From: Paraphysomonas bandaiensis
Taxonomy: Eukaryota > Protista > Chrysophyceae
Reading direction: 5' to 3'
DNA length: 64,000 nt
Assembly: GCA_965644295.1 (NCBI GenBank)
Contig: CBFFRP010000296.1
Location: forward strand, 248,001 to 312,000
The first letter of the stretch is position 1, and each line of letters begins with the position of its first letter. The notes beneath the pieces were generated by a model. It searched no databases. It was not told the origin of the DNA and saw only the letters and a list, made by a program, of their open reading frames with translations. Below are positions 1 to 12,052 of this stretch, in pieces. A program made the translations under genes and the position numbers.

Positions 1-13
1 AGCATGTACTTAC

Positions 14-688
14 TTGTAGTACAACATCAGAACAATCAAGGACTTTGTATAACTCTGCCCAAATCCGCCTCGATTGACCTTTGGCAAACATATCTTCCTT
101 ACGCATCTCACCACCCCTTGTGGCCTCCACCTCAATGTTAGAGTCTTTTGATGAGTTGGAAGCATATAAGTCGGAACGCGCTTCTGCATTTCTCAATAGT
201 GCACTGTAGTCGTTCGAACCATCATCAAGTTTTGGCCGTTTACGCGTCTTCTTGCTACCAAACACGTCATCGAAAGATTCCGTTTCGAGGACATTGACTT
301 TAGCCACTTTGGCAGAATCCTGAAGTAGTGCCATGGGAATCTTCCGGCGCCTAAGAACAACAGAATAGGGATCCGCCGCTTTAGTGGTCATCTCGTCTTT
401 GAATTTGTCGAGCTCAGTTTGGGATATGGTTCTTGTGTTTCCGAACCATCTCCTATCGGGGGCTATTCTCGCATTACCAGTAATAGTCTTCCCTCCAGCT
501 GTGTTATTCATCATCAAATGGCCGCCTACCAGTTCACCGGCCTTGTTTCTAATAGGCTTTCCTCCTTTATACATATTGAGCCTCTGGATAGTGGACTTAT
601 CCCTCTGTCCACTCTTACTAGAGGCCCGATGAGGATTATTCGGATTATTGGATTTCTTCTTCATCTGTTTGACTGCTTTAGGAGGCAT
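14..688 (-). CDS. NOG2: Nucleolar GTP-binding protein 2 (NOG2/GNL2), first exon; the gene runs off the window start
   Basis: Manual translation from ATG 688 (absent from the ORF track): MPPKAVKQ...RDKSTIQRLNMYK...ARIAPDRRWFGNTR...DPYSVVL...FAKGQSRRIWAELYKVLDCSDVVLQ, which is the NGP1NT domain plus the start of the GTPase; GTAAGT donor at 13. Confidence 0.93.
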
Positions 689-988
689 GATGTTGAGGTG
701 ACTTGATGAAAATGAATTCAGCTATTCAACTAATGGACTGTACGTGAGCTTGTCTCCTCTGGTGTGTAGCTCAGGGCGGAGTGGGAAGAAAGATGCATGT
801 ATAACTAAGAAACGAAACATAATAAAAAGAAAATGAATGGCAGAGGGGCAGTCTGCTGCTCGTGACTTCGAAGTATGAGTGGTATGTGGAGTGTATATAT
901 AATATATACGATCCAACCACGAGTGTGCCGTATGAATGGAAATGGTACGCCGCAGAGGGTACTCCAGTACTGCTGCAAGGTATATCGG

Positions 989-1280
989 TACATACATACA
1001 TACATACATACATACATACATACATACATACATACATACATACATACATACATACATACATACATACATACATACATACATACATACATACATACATACA
1101 TACATACATACATACATACATACATGCATACATACATACATACATACATACATACATACATACATACATACATACATACATACATACATACATACATACA
1201 TACATGCATACATACATACATACATACATACATACATACATACATACATACATACATACATACATACATACATACATACA

Positions 1281-1312
<32 letters not shown>

Positions 1313-1323
1313 CATACATATAC
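989..1323 (+). repeat. (TACA)n tetranucleotide array, ~335 bp
   Basis: Directly visible; two TGCA variants; lies between the divergent NOG2 and CNNM starts. Confidence 0.99.
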
Positions 1324-1507
1324 AGGTGTATCATATGATATGGCTTGGTTTCGATCCCAGAAGTAAACTAAGAGCGCATCTCATACTTTAAATCGCCGTA
1401 TTTTAGTCGGGTTATTTTTCCGTTCGAAGCGAACGAGTTCTCTGTGTTGCTGCTCCTCTGTCTTCCTACTGGTCTCTGTATGAATATCTTCATACTTTAA
1501 CAGTATT

Positions 1508-3774
1508 ATGAGTAGCGGATATCTCATATGTTTAGTGGCGACATACGTCTACTCTGTTATTGCGAGTGATGATGATGCCCCTTCTATACCATGCACGGAT
1601 GATGGTGGGGAGTCCTCTGCCTTTGAAGTGCCTGCACCCTTTAACTATATACTCATAATGCTTCTCGTGTGCTTATCTGCTCTGTTCTCTGGATTAACGC
1701 TCGGGTTACTCGGTTTGGATGTTATTGGACTGGAGATAATTATTGGTGGAGATAACGACATACTGAAGAGGTGTGCTAAAGAAATTTTACCTATTCGGAA
1801 GAAAGGAAACTTATTGCTGTGTACTCTTTTGCTTGGTAATGTTGCAACGAATGCTTTACTGTCTATCTTAATGGCTGATATGACTTCCGGACTCGTCGGC
1901 TTTTTATCATCAACTGTTATGATTGTTATTTTTGGTGAGATCATACCACAAGCCACTTGCTCTCGATATGCGCTGCAGATTGGCCGTCGTTCCCTACCAG
2001 TTGTAAAGTTTTTCATCGTTGCGTTGTTTGTAGTAGCCTATCCTCTAAGCGTGATACTCGATTATGCTCTGGGAGAGGAAGTGGGGACTGTTCACACACG
2101 TACAGAGTTATTGACAATGCTCAAAATTCATGAGAGACACCAACAGTTAGACCAGGATACAGTGAATGTTATGAGTGGGGCTATTAACTATCGCGACAAG
2201 AAAGTCGAGGATGTGGTACGTATATTCTGCATTAAGGAATGTACGTTGTATGCTAATATTAGTACGTCGTATATATTATGCTAAAATGTATGTACCCCGT
2301 ATTAGTATTTACTTTTTGTTTATAGATGACACCAGCAGATAAGGTATTCATGATATCAGTCAATGAGAAGCTCAACTACAAGGTCCTTTCCGAGGTTTTT
2401 AAGAGCGGATACAGCCGCATTCCGGTGTATGGACGTGACAGAAATGACATCGTGGGTGTACTTCTGGCCAAGGACCTCATATTCATCGATCCAGAAGATG
2501 AAACTCCAGTACGCAACTTTATCACCCTCTTCGGTCGTCCGTATCAGGTGGTGTGGCACGACAGCAACTTAGGAGAGGTATTGAAGGCTTTTAAACAAGG
2601 CAAGGGACATTTGGCGTTTGCTCGTGCTGTGAAGGAAAATATAGATGTAAGTTACAGAATATTGTCATGTATAGATGTGAACTGTGTTCTTATATGAGAA
2701 TATATCATGATATTGTTACTATTACCTCCATTTGTTTGAGTACTGATTCGTATGTACAGAAAGATAATACGTATGAAATAGTGGGAGTGATTACTCTGGA
2801 GGACATTATCGAAGAAATTTTAGGGGAGGAAATCGAAGATGAAACTGATGATGGTGGGAGATGTGCATTCTTTGCTATTGTGTATCTGGAATTGACAGAT
2901 GTAGTTGTCATTGCTGATATGTTTTTTTGCAGTGGACGCCGCTGGCCCCGCTAGAGACAGGGAGCTTGCCCGATTGATAATGCTCACTGGAAAAGTCGCG
3001 CAGGAGAAGCTTGAAGTAGAGGAAACACAAGCAGTGGCATCCCATCTTCTTACTAACGTCCCTCAGCTGAAGAGTATATTTGAGAGCAACACAGGACGCC
3101 CTGCTCCGAGCATAGAAGATGTTCAGACCATGGTCACCAAGTGCAAGGTGATGCAGCTCAAGCGGCAGTCAACTAATGATATGATTGCAATGAGTGCGCC
3201 GGCAAATGAAGATATCCTTTTCAAGCGAGGGAAGATGTCGAAGGCGTGCGCGCTGATACTGAGTGGGAAAATAACAGTCTTAGCAGGAAAAGATGAATTT
3301 CATTCGGAGCTCGGCCCATGGTCCATAGTCGGTGCCGATGCGGTGAAGTTACCTGAAGGAACATACCTTCCTGACTTTACTGCTTTTGTGTCGTCCGAGA
3401 CTGTCCGGTGTCTGTGGATCACAAAGAGTGAAATTACACAATTGCTGAGTGGTAAACCCGATGGAAACGACCAAGGGAGGTACAGACGTCGGGCGCAGCA
3501 ACAGAGGGCGAAGAGCTCGGTTGAAAGCAAAACTATGGGACAAACGGTGAGAGTATTTATTTCTTTACTTTGTTTCACACGTAGTAACCTTGTGCTATAG
3601 CCTGTTTCACTGGGTTCATCTGATCCGGATACAACTCTGTCACCATTGCATGGCATACTTAAGGGAGGATTAAGTAGTCCCTACCAAGCTTTGGGAGATG
3701 ATACCGCTGATACTTTTGCTGAAGAAAATGGAGTTGAAATGAAAAACAAACTCCGTGGAGACTCCTGGTCATAG
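1508..3774 (+). CDS. CNNM/DUF21-CBS metal (Mg2+) transporter with C-terminal cNMP-binding-like domain; exons 1508-2215, 2326-2646, 2760-2853, 2933-3546, 3601-3774
   Basis: SALFSGLTLGLLGLD, NLLLCTLLLGNV, IFGEIIPQA, GYSRIPVY and GVITLEDIIEEILGEEIEDETD motifs; in-frame GT-AG junctions; TAG at 3772-3774. Confidence 0.92.
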
Positions 3775-4045
3775 CCTCTACTACTTGTAGATTTTTAAAA
3801 TATGAATATTTAGTGTCCACCACAACTCCAACCAATTTGAAACTAATGCATTTTATAGCGTGATGACTGATATCGACAAGGTATTAATAATGATATTCGA
3901 TTCATTTATACGAATACGCATTTTTTTGTTAATAGTGGCAAGTAAGTTAGGAGTATCAAACTCTGGCCAAAATTTAGTGGAAGACAGTGCGCCTTTCTTG
4001 TAATCACGTAGTCACCGAAAATGAATACTGAATTTCCCACTATAT

Positions 4046-4378
4046 TGTTGAGTTCTGCTATATAAGAGCAATGAAAGCTGTAGTTATAAGGTATTTAAAT
4101 TACAGTAGTATTATGCAGTTGTACTCTATTAATCGTACTATGATAATGAATGAAGATAGTATATAGTAGTAAGTAGTAGTGACGATGCAAGTTGTAGTGA
4201 CGAAGTGATGAGTAGAGAGTAGAGAGAGACAACATGAAATTAATCAATGATAAGAGATAGTGATTATAATATATGATTCTCAGCATTGAGTATAAGTTTA
4301 CCTTCTGTTGTTAAGTTACTTCTCATATAATGTCAAACTTTGAAATATTATATATATATATTATGAAGGTGCTTAACA
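4046..4378 (+). mobile_element. Solo LTR of a copia-related family (LTR-A)
   Basis: Starts TGTTGAGTTCTGC and ends CTTAACA; aligns with 23548-23656 plus 27830-28027; no clear TSD. Confidence 0.7.
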
Positions 4379-4604
4379 TTAAGACCCTCAGATATCACAC
4401 TTATAGGCAAGCGTTTCCCGGATAGAGGATAGAGTGTCAGACCAGATCTTTTCTAATATCTTAAGGAGATATTCTTATATATGGCAGAAAAGATCCAGAC
4501 TCTATTAGATATATTATCATAGGTACTGAATGTATGATTATTAGCAATATATGCGTGTCAGAGTCAGAAATAATGTAGCAAAACAAGTTAAATAAGTAGT
4601 GGTT

Positions 4605-4853
4605 AACTCTCTGGTATCCTACTATTTAGCATTACTAAAGCTGCTTTTGGTGCAACCACTTTCGCTCCCTGTCCTCATGGTGAACTAGCCCGAGTGCTTG
4701 ACTTCAGCATGCAGCCCCGTAATACCCCGGATGCCTGTTTATTCGTCAAGACCCACACGTTTACACAAGGACATTAAATAATGTCCCACGTACCACACAA
4801 GCATTCGGCTATGAGTAGGCAGAACAATATTTTCTGACTATATTATATGCCCC
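4605..4853 (-). mobile_element. SINE-like ~270-bp repeat copy sharing the LINE 3' tail
   Basis: Reverse complement aligns with 11275-11537 and the 49341-49610 copy; a partial + copy follows directly at ~4853-4895. Confidence 0.75.
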
Positions 4854-5282
4854 CGGGCTAGTTCACCTTAAGGACAGAGAGCGAGAGTGAACAAAGTTGC
4901 CACAAAGTACCTGTAGAGTTGCATGCACATTGTCGTCTAATACTGTTTAGAGTTTCTTCGGAGTGTAGAGGAGATCTGTATTATCTTAAAACACTCAGTT
5001 CTATATATAGCACTACAGGTCATTAATGGCAGTGCAGTTCCCGGCAACTATAATGGCATTACCATTAACCGTTACTAGGCCCTGTATTATATGTGCGGTA
5101 CTTATTCCCCAGAACACGACTAAAAAGTGCGAGTCCGACGTTAGTAGGTACTTCAAAGTGCATATATCATATTATATGGTACTACTACATGTACGTTGTA
5201 TTAGTGCAAGTAAATTACAAACCAGTATATAAGATTTCATCCCGCTACTGGCCCTCAACAAAATTAGACTCCTACCTTAAGT

Positions 5283-5375
5283 AGTAGTTCACCTTCTTAA
5301 GGACAGAGAGCGAAAGTGTTTGCAGCTTGGTGCGCAAGCAGCTTTCGCAGCCCCAAATAGTAGGATATTAGAGTT
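5283..5375 (+). mobile_element. 5'-truncated copy of the SINE-like/LINE-tail repeat
   Basis: agttcacct..taaggacagagagcgaaagtg...caagcagctttcg...aaatagtaggatattagagtt matches 62790-62862. Confidence 0.75.
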
Positions 5376-5581
5376 ACTCTGGTATATTTTGTCACCGTAG
5401 TGTTATAACAAGCAATGATGACTGAGTGTAATATATGTAAACGTAACCAAGGCATATCACTGGCTTGGAGCTGTAGATTGCCAACTGTTTCTCAATCAGG
5501 TATGTGCCTAACACGATAAGTATAGCCACTCCGAGTAGGTAACAATACATAAAAAATTTCTAAGCTAGATGACGTTATTCT

Positions 5582-7210
5582 TTACAACAACTTCATAACT
5601 TCTCTAGCAACTTCTATGGTATGGGAAATATCTTTTTCAGTATGTGCAAGTGATGTAAATCCAGCCTCGTACTGAGAAGGGGCAAGATAAATGCCCCTAT
5701 CCAACATTAATTTATGCCATTTGGCGAACTTCTTACTGTCTGACTTCTTGGCATCATCAAATGAATTCACCGGGCCTTCGTTAAAGAAAAATCCATACAT
5801 CGCACCGATGTGACCACCACATATACTATGTCCGGCTTCTTTGCCAGCGTTGACTATTCCAGTCACCAATTTCTCCGTAATCTGATTTAGATATTCGTAT
5901 GTGCCAGGGCGTTGTAATATCTCTAACGTTTTGATGCCCGCAGACATAGCTAGAGGATTTCCAGAGAGAGTGCCTGCTTGGTACACTGGACCTGCCGGCG
6001 CAATTAATTCCATAATATCTCGCCTACCCCCGAATGCACCTACAGGGAGCCCACCACCTACAAGTCCAATTTTAATACACACAGCTGAAAGTATCTCCTC
6101 ACAGACCTATCACTTTTCCTAGTGTAGTCAAGTCAGGGGTTATACCAAAGTACTCTTGCGCCCCACCATAAGAAACACGAAACCCAGTCATCACTTCGTC
6201 AAACACTAGCAATGCTCCATGTTTCTTTGTGAGCTCCCTCAAACCTTTTAGAAATTCTTTGGTTGGTGCAATGAACCCAGAGTTTCCGACAACAGGCTCC
6301 AACACAACAGCAGCCACATCATTGTTCTCAAGAAGTTGCTTAACACTCTCCAGATCATTGTAACGGGCAACAAGTGTATTAGATGTCGTATCTTGAGGCA
6401 CTCCAGGGGAGTCAGGGAGGCCAAGAGTGGCAACACCTGGGTATTAGATCACACCACACGACAGCTATACTTGGGAAACGGAACCTACCTGACCCTGCTT
6501 GAACTAAAAAACTGTTATCATGACCGTGGTAACAGCCGTCAAACTTAATAATTTTATTTCTCTTCGTGAAAGCACGTGCAAGACGAAGCATACCCATACA
6601 AGCCTCGGTCCCGCTATTAGTGAATCTGACCATTTCTATGGACGGTACTGCCGCAATAACTAATTTAGCTAACTCATTCTCAAGTGCACATGGTGCCCCA
6701 AAACTGCAACAAACTTAAATCACAAAATTGAAAGGAATGTCACAACAATACCTCGTCCCTTTTGCAAGTGTATCCGACACAGCTTTTAACACTTCACTAT
6801 TCGCATGTCCGGCAATAGCAGGCCCCCTACAAGTCAATGAATGATATCATCCAATCGGATAAATAAAGCACATACCATGATCCCACATAATCAATATACT
6901 TATTCCCATCAACATCATATGCATAAGCGCCCTTAACAGAGTCGAACACTATCGGGTTCCCCCCAACAGAGGAGAAGGCCCTTACAGGAGAGTTAACTCC
7001 CCCCGGCATCAACCCCTATACAGAATATATGACCCTCACTCCTGTGGATGTCTGTGAGGGTATGCATACCTTAGCCTCTCTGAATATCTCATTCGATCTG
7101 CTGTGTCCTCTACGAACAGATGAATAACCGCTAAACACAGACGACACCCCATACAAACTACAAAATAACTGCAGAGATGCAAGAGTGATTACAGAAATAC
7201 TTCGGAACAT
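5582..7210 (-). CDS. hemL: Glutamate-1-semialdehyde 2,1-aminomutase, probably plastid-targeted; exons 7210-7070, 7015-6876, 6826-6752, 6703-6489, 6436-6107, 6057-5582
   Basis: [68 protein letters not shown] and APSQYEAGF motifs; all introns GT-AG and in frame; hydrophobic N-terminal extension. Confidence 0.96.
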
Positions 7211-7265
7211 TATCAAAACATGAACTGCAACTAAAAGAAAGTGGAAACAATACCAAACACACACA

Positions 7266-9068
7266 TGTGTGTATGTATGTATGTATGTATGTATGTATGT
7301 ATGTATGTATGTATGTATGTATGTATGTATGTATGTATGTATGTATGTATGTATGTATGTATGTCTGTATGTATGTATGTATGTATGTCTGTATGTATGT
7401 ATGTATGTATGTATGTATGTCTGTATGTATGTATGTATGTATGTATGTATGTATGTATGTATGTATGTATGTATGTATGTATGTATGTATGTATGTATGT
7501 ATGTATGTATGTATGTATGTATGTATGTATGTATGTATGTATGTATGTATGTATGTATGTATGTATGTATGTATGTATGTATGTATGTATGTATGTATGT
7601 ATGTATGTATGTATGTATGTATGTATGTATGTATGTATGTATGTATGTATGTATGTATGTATGTATGTATGTATGTATGTATGTATGTATGTATGTACTG
7701 TATGTATGTATGTATGTATGTATGTATGTATGTATGTATGTATGTATGTATGTATGTATGTATGTATGTATGTATGTATGTATGTATGTATGTATGTATG
7801 TATGTATGTATGTATGTATGTATGTATGTATGTATGTATGTATGTATGTATGTATGTATGTATGTATGTATGTATGTATGTATGTATGTATGTATGTATG
7901 TATGTATGTATGTATGTATGTATGTATGTATGTATGTATGTATGTATGTATGTATGTATGTATGTATGTATGTATGTATGTATGTATGTATGTATGTATG
8001 TATGTATGTATGTATGTATGTATGTATGTATGTATGTATGTATGTACTGTATGTATGTATGTATGTATGTATGTATGTATGTATGTATGTATGTATGTAT
8101 GTATGTATGTATGTATGTATGTATGTATGTATGTATGTATGTATGTATGTATGTATGTATGTATGTATGTATGTATGTATGTATGTATGTATGTATGTCT
8201 GTATGTATGTATGTATGTATGTATGTATGTATGTAGTATGTATGTATGTATGTATGTATGTATGTATGTATGTATGTAGTATGTATGTATGTATGTATGT
8301 ATGTATGTATGTATGTATGTATGTATGTATGTATGTATGTATGTATGTATGTATGTATGTATGTATGTATGTATGTATGTATGTATGTATGTATGTATGT
8401 ATGTATGTATGTATGTATGTATGTATGTATGTATGTACTGTATGTATGTATGTATGTATGTATGTATGTATGTATGTATGTATGTATGTATGTATGTATG
8501 TATGTATGTATGTATGTATGTATGTATGTATGTATGTATGTATGTATGTATGTATGTATGTATGTATGTATGTATGTATGTATGTATGTATGTATGTATG
8601 TATGTATGTATGTATGTATGTATGTATGTATGTATGTATGTATGTATGTATGTATGTATGTATGTATGTATGTATGTATGTATGTATGTATGTATGTATG
8701 TATGTATGTATGTATGTATGTATGTATGTATGTATGTATGTATGTATGTATGTATGTATGTATGTATGTATGTACTGTATGTATGTATGTATGTATGTAT
8801 GTATGTATGTATGTATGTATGTATGTATGTATGTATGTATGTATGTATGTATGTATGTATGTATGTATGTATGTATGTATGTATGTATGTATGTATGTAT
8901 GTATGTATGTATGTATGTATGTATGTATGTATGTATGTATGTATGTATGTATGTATGTATGTATGTATGTATGTATGTATGTATGTATGTATGTATGTAT
9001 GTATGTATGTGTATGTATGTATGTATGTATGTATGTATGTATGTAGTATGTATGTGTGTGTGTATGTA
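7266..9068 (+). repeat. (TATG)n array of ~1.8 kb (TACA on the minus strand)
   Basis: Directly visible; a few TCTG, TACTG and TAG interruptions; starts ~55 bp upstream of the GSA ATG. Confidence 0.99.
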
Positions 9069-9070
9069 AG

Positions 9071-9190
9071 TGTGTACAGAGGTATATGTGGTGGTATCTT
9101 TTTGCTTGTCCGAAGTTTGGATGTGTGTACAGAGGTATGTAGGTAGGTATGTATGTGTGGTGGTATCTTTTTGTCCGAAGTTTGGATGTG
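9071..9190 (+). repeat. Imperfect tandem duplication (~55-65 bp unit) at the edge of the TATG array
   Basis: tgtgtacagaggtat...gtggtggtatctttt...tgtccgaagtttggatgtg occurs twice. Confidence 0.8.
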
Positions 9191-9250
9191 TTGTATTTGG
9201 TCTTGTAAATGTGAGCATTATTTTAGTTGTAATCCTCAGCAGCGATCCAC

Positions 9251-10000
9251 ATGAAAAGGCTAGCTCTCATTGGCTCAGTAACCTCATTGGGCCTGATCAC
9301 GCACCGCTCAAGTCGATGCGAAAGAAATGAGGTGAATGTGTTGGTGCTTGGTCGCACTGGCACTGGTAAGAGCTCTCTTATAAACGCCGTCGATCCCAGT
9401 GCAGAGGCGAAGACTAATAGCAATCTTACCTCCACAACCATTCAAACCCGAAAGTATACCTCTGTGCACCCCACGGGATATTTTTGGGGTACCAAAATAA
9501 TTAACTTCTACGACACTCCCGGCATATCAGACATACGACCCTCCAAGAAGCTCAGTGATGATGAGATATACGAAGAATTGAAGAGGTATATTGGATCTGG
9601 TGATGTGATAATAGACAAGATCATATTTTGTATGAATGAGAATAAGTTGGATGGATCTCAGTTGAATCAGCTCGCGGAAAGGATGAAAGCGGATGTAAGA
9701 AATAAACATATCGTCGAGATCATATACACGCGACGTGATTTAGAAACTAATTCCGAGCGCGAGGCTATTGCATCAAATGTATTTGAAACACTGACTTTGA
9801 CACGTGAGCCATGCTTGGGAATAATCGGAGATGTTTATGTAGTATCACTTCACCCAAGCAGTGCGTACTATGGCCAAAGTGTCAAAAAAATTAAGAAAAT
9901 GTTACTGGATGGGAAGAGTATCAACAGACCTATTTATGAAATTTTTAAGAGCCACGATCATCCAGTTATATCCAAGTTATTTAATGCGACTAGGAAATGA
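9251..10000 (+). CDS. P-loop GTPase, AIG1/MMR_HSR1-like, intronless
   Basis: G1 VLVLGRTGTGKSSLINA, G2 region TSTT, G3 FYDTPG, G4-like IYTRRD. Confidence 0.8.
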   Translation: MKRLALIGSVTSLGLITHRSSRCERNEVNVLVLGRTGTGKSSLINAVDPSAEAKTNSNLTSTTIQTRKYTSVHPTGYFWGTKIINFYDTPGISDIRPSKKLSDDEIYEELKRYIGSGDVIIDKIIFCMNENKLDGSQLNQLAERMKADVRNKHIVEIIYTRRDLETNSEREAIASNVFETLTLTREPCLGIIGDVYVVSLHPSSAYYGQSVKKIKKMLLDGKSINRPIYEIFKSHDHPVISKLFNATRK

Positions 10001-10169
10001 TGACCTCTTGTATTGTTGAAATTGCTGAACATTGTATTGACGTTCAAAGGATGTTTTGTTAAAGCTATTTAACAGCGTTATGCCTTTCAAATGAATCTAT
10101 GTGATACTAGTTAAAGTTATTTAACAGTGATATGTCTTTCTAATAACTACGTTACACGTTAAAGTTCTG

Positions 10170-11245
10170 ATGAACATCTGTTCTCTAATATATCTGTTTA
10201 TCATAATATTATGTTCACCAGTCACTCTTATATTTTTCATAGTCACGTACATATTATTAATATAATTACTTCCTTGTAACTATACTCACCCGATACACCT
10301 TTGAGTTGATTTCATCTATTGCACACTATTAACTCACTTCAATTGTACTATATATATAAAATCTATATCGTCACATTGCAGAACTCAACACTCCCACTTA
10401 ATTAGATGTAGTTACTTATTCTAAAAGTTATAGTGCACATTGCTATCGGATATACAACTACCGAACCTCTTAGGGCACAGTTGGACATATGTCTCTGCTG
10501 GTATAGCTAGCTTCCACCATACATGCACTCCAAACTAGTAGCAACTATCTCACTTTACCTTGGGTACCTCTGCAATATAGTTGTTCAGTAATCTTAAATT
10601 TCCCCCAACATTTCGCTCCCACTGTTCAATAAAATACTGAGCCACGCAAAGTCTTTATTTGTAAATATATCAGCCATGTCTGTTGTCGACTGTTTACATG
10701 AATAACTTCGCTGTATTAAACTGTTCGGGATCTACATGCTCTCATACTTAATCTCAATAATGTTGTACAATTGATGTTGTTCGACTATTGATGTTGTACT
10801 GGATTTTAAATACACCCTAAGCACTTCCTTCAGATATACTCTGCTGAGCACTTTTGGAGTATTCAGGAATACTGATATGATGGGCTCATCAATTTTTAAC
10901 CCCACTTCTCCTGTCACCCCCCGAGACCATATATGTATCATTTCTTGTAATCCGTTATAATATTCTCTTAATATTATTCATACTCAGCTTGGATAGATAG
11001 TCGATGTAGCTACAGTAGACTGAACACCACCTCCAAACATAACATAAAAACTGCGTATATCCGGCCTTGTATTCATATAGAAGTAAAGTACCGCTTCTAT
11101 TTTAGTGGACGATAAGAGAAGTTGTCAATATACACCGGGGAAACATTATCCACTCCTTTAACTCTACCCCACAACAAAGTCGGACTTGCATCTTTTCGTG
11201 GCGTTCTGGGGGATAAAAATATCGGAGATGATATTTCTCGGGAAA
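10170..11245 (-). mobile_element. Decayed Ty1/copia fragment (RNase H region, PPT and partial 3' LTR), same family as 23657-27824
   Basis: On the minus strand TAAGTGGGAG (PPT) is followed by TGTTGAGTTCTGC at 10390; IWSRGVTGEVGLKIDEP is identical to the 26413 ORF; many indels. Confidence 0.88.
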
Positions 11246-11274
11246 CTAACGTGAGTCGTTATATATTATATATA

Positions 11275-11537
11275 AAGTCAGCAAGATATTGTTTGGCCTA
11301 CGCATATAACCTCATGCTTGTGAGGTAAAAGGGATACTAATTAGTGTCACCTGTGTGTAGAACTCTTTAGGCCCTGACAAATAAGCAGGCATCATCTGGG
11401 AATGGGCTCACCTTAAAGGTATCCGGGGTACTGTTGGGCTGCCTGCTCAAGTCAAGCATCTGGGATAGTTCACCTTAAGGACAGAGAGCGAAAGTGGTTC
11501 CACCTTTTGTGGCGCTGAATAGTAGGATATCAGAGTT
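11275..11537 (+). mobile_element. SINE-like ~270-bp repeat copy
   Basis: Aligns with the 4605-4853 and 49341-49610 copies; ends aatagtaggatatcagagtt. Confidence 0.78.
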
Positions 11538-12052
11538 CAGCAGTAGCTAAAAGTAGCGAATCGTACACACTGGCTGCTACTCTATCTGATGCGACTATTA
11601 TAATGTAGAGGAGTACCATGATTGGTTTATTAGCTATAAGTGATGTATATAATAATTCCATTTTCTATATCTTATGGTTGATATCTTATCTTCAAGAAAA
11701 CAATTTTTTACCCATGAAAGCAAACAGAGAGAACGCCGAACGAATTTTGCCATTTTCAGCAAGTTGAGTTTCCTTTATTCGTTTATGATGGTAGAGAAGT
11801 GTGCTTGTTCGAAGCTATCCTGACACACTCCATTAAAACATAAATAATTATATAAATGTCCATTGACTATATTTTTTCACAAAATCAGAATGTGACCCAC
11901 CACAGCCCCATTACGGGGAACAAACGGCCAAAACCAAAACTTTCGCACTTAACTTAAAAACTCCAACGTCGCCATATTTATTAGGAAAAAATAGAAAACC
12001 AGAGGTGTCTCTGAAGCTAAAGTTCCTTGATATAAAAATAAAATGGCATATA

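Noticed and set aside
384-706. Plus-strand ORFs over NOG2, and other antisense ORFs such as 37870-38548
   Set aside because: They are shadows of well-supported genes on the opposite strand.
722-1391. MYVC/HTYI-repeat ORFs (also at 7158-9218 and 32562-33338)
   Set aside because: They are translations of stop-free TACA/TATG microsatellite in all frames, not genes.
7690-8780. TACTG interruptions spaced ~340-390 bp apart as a higher-order repeat
   Set aside because: Spacing is irregular, and single-base indels may be sequencing errors.
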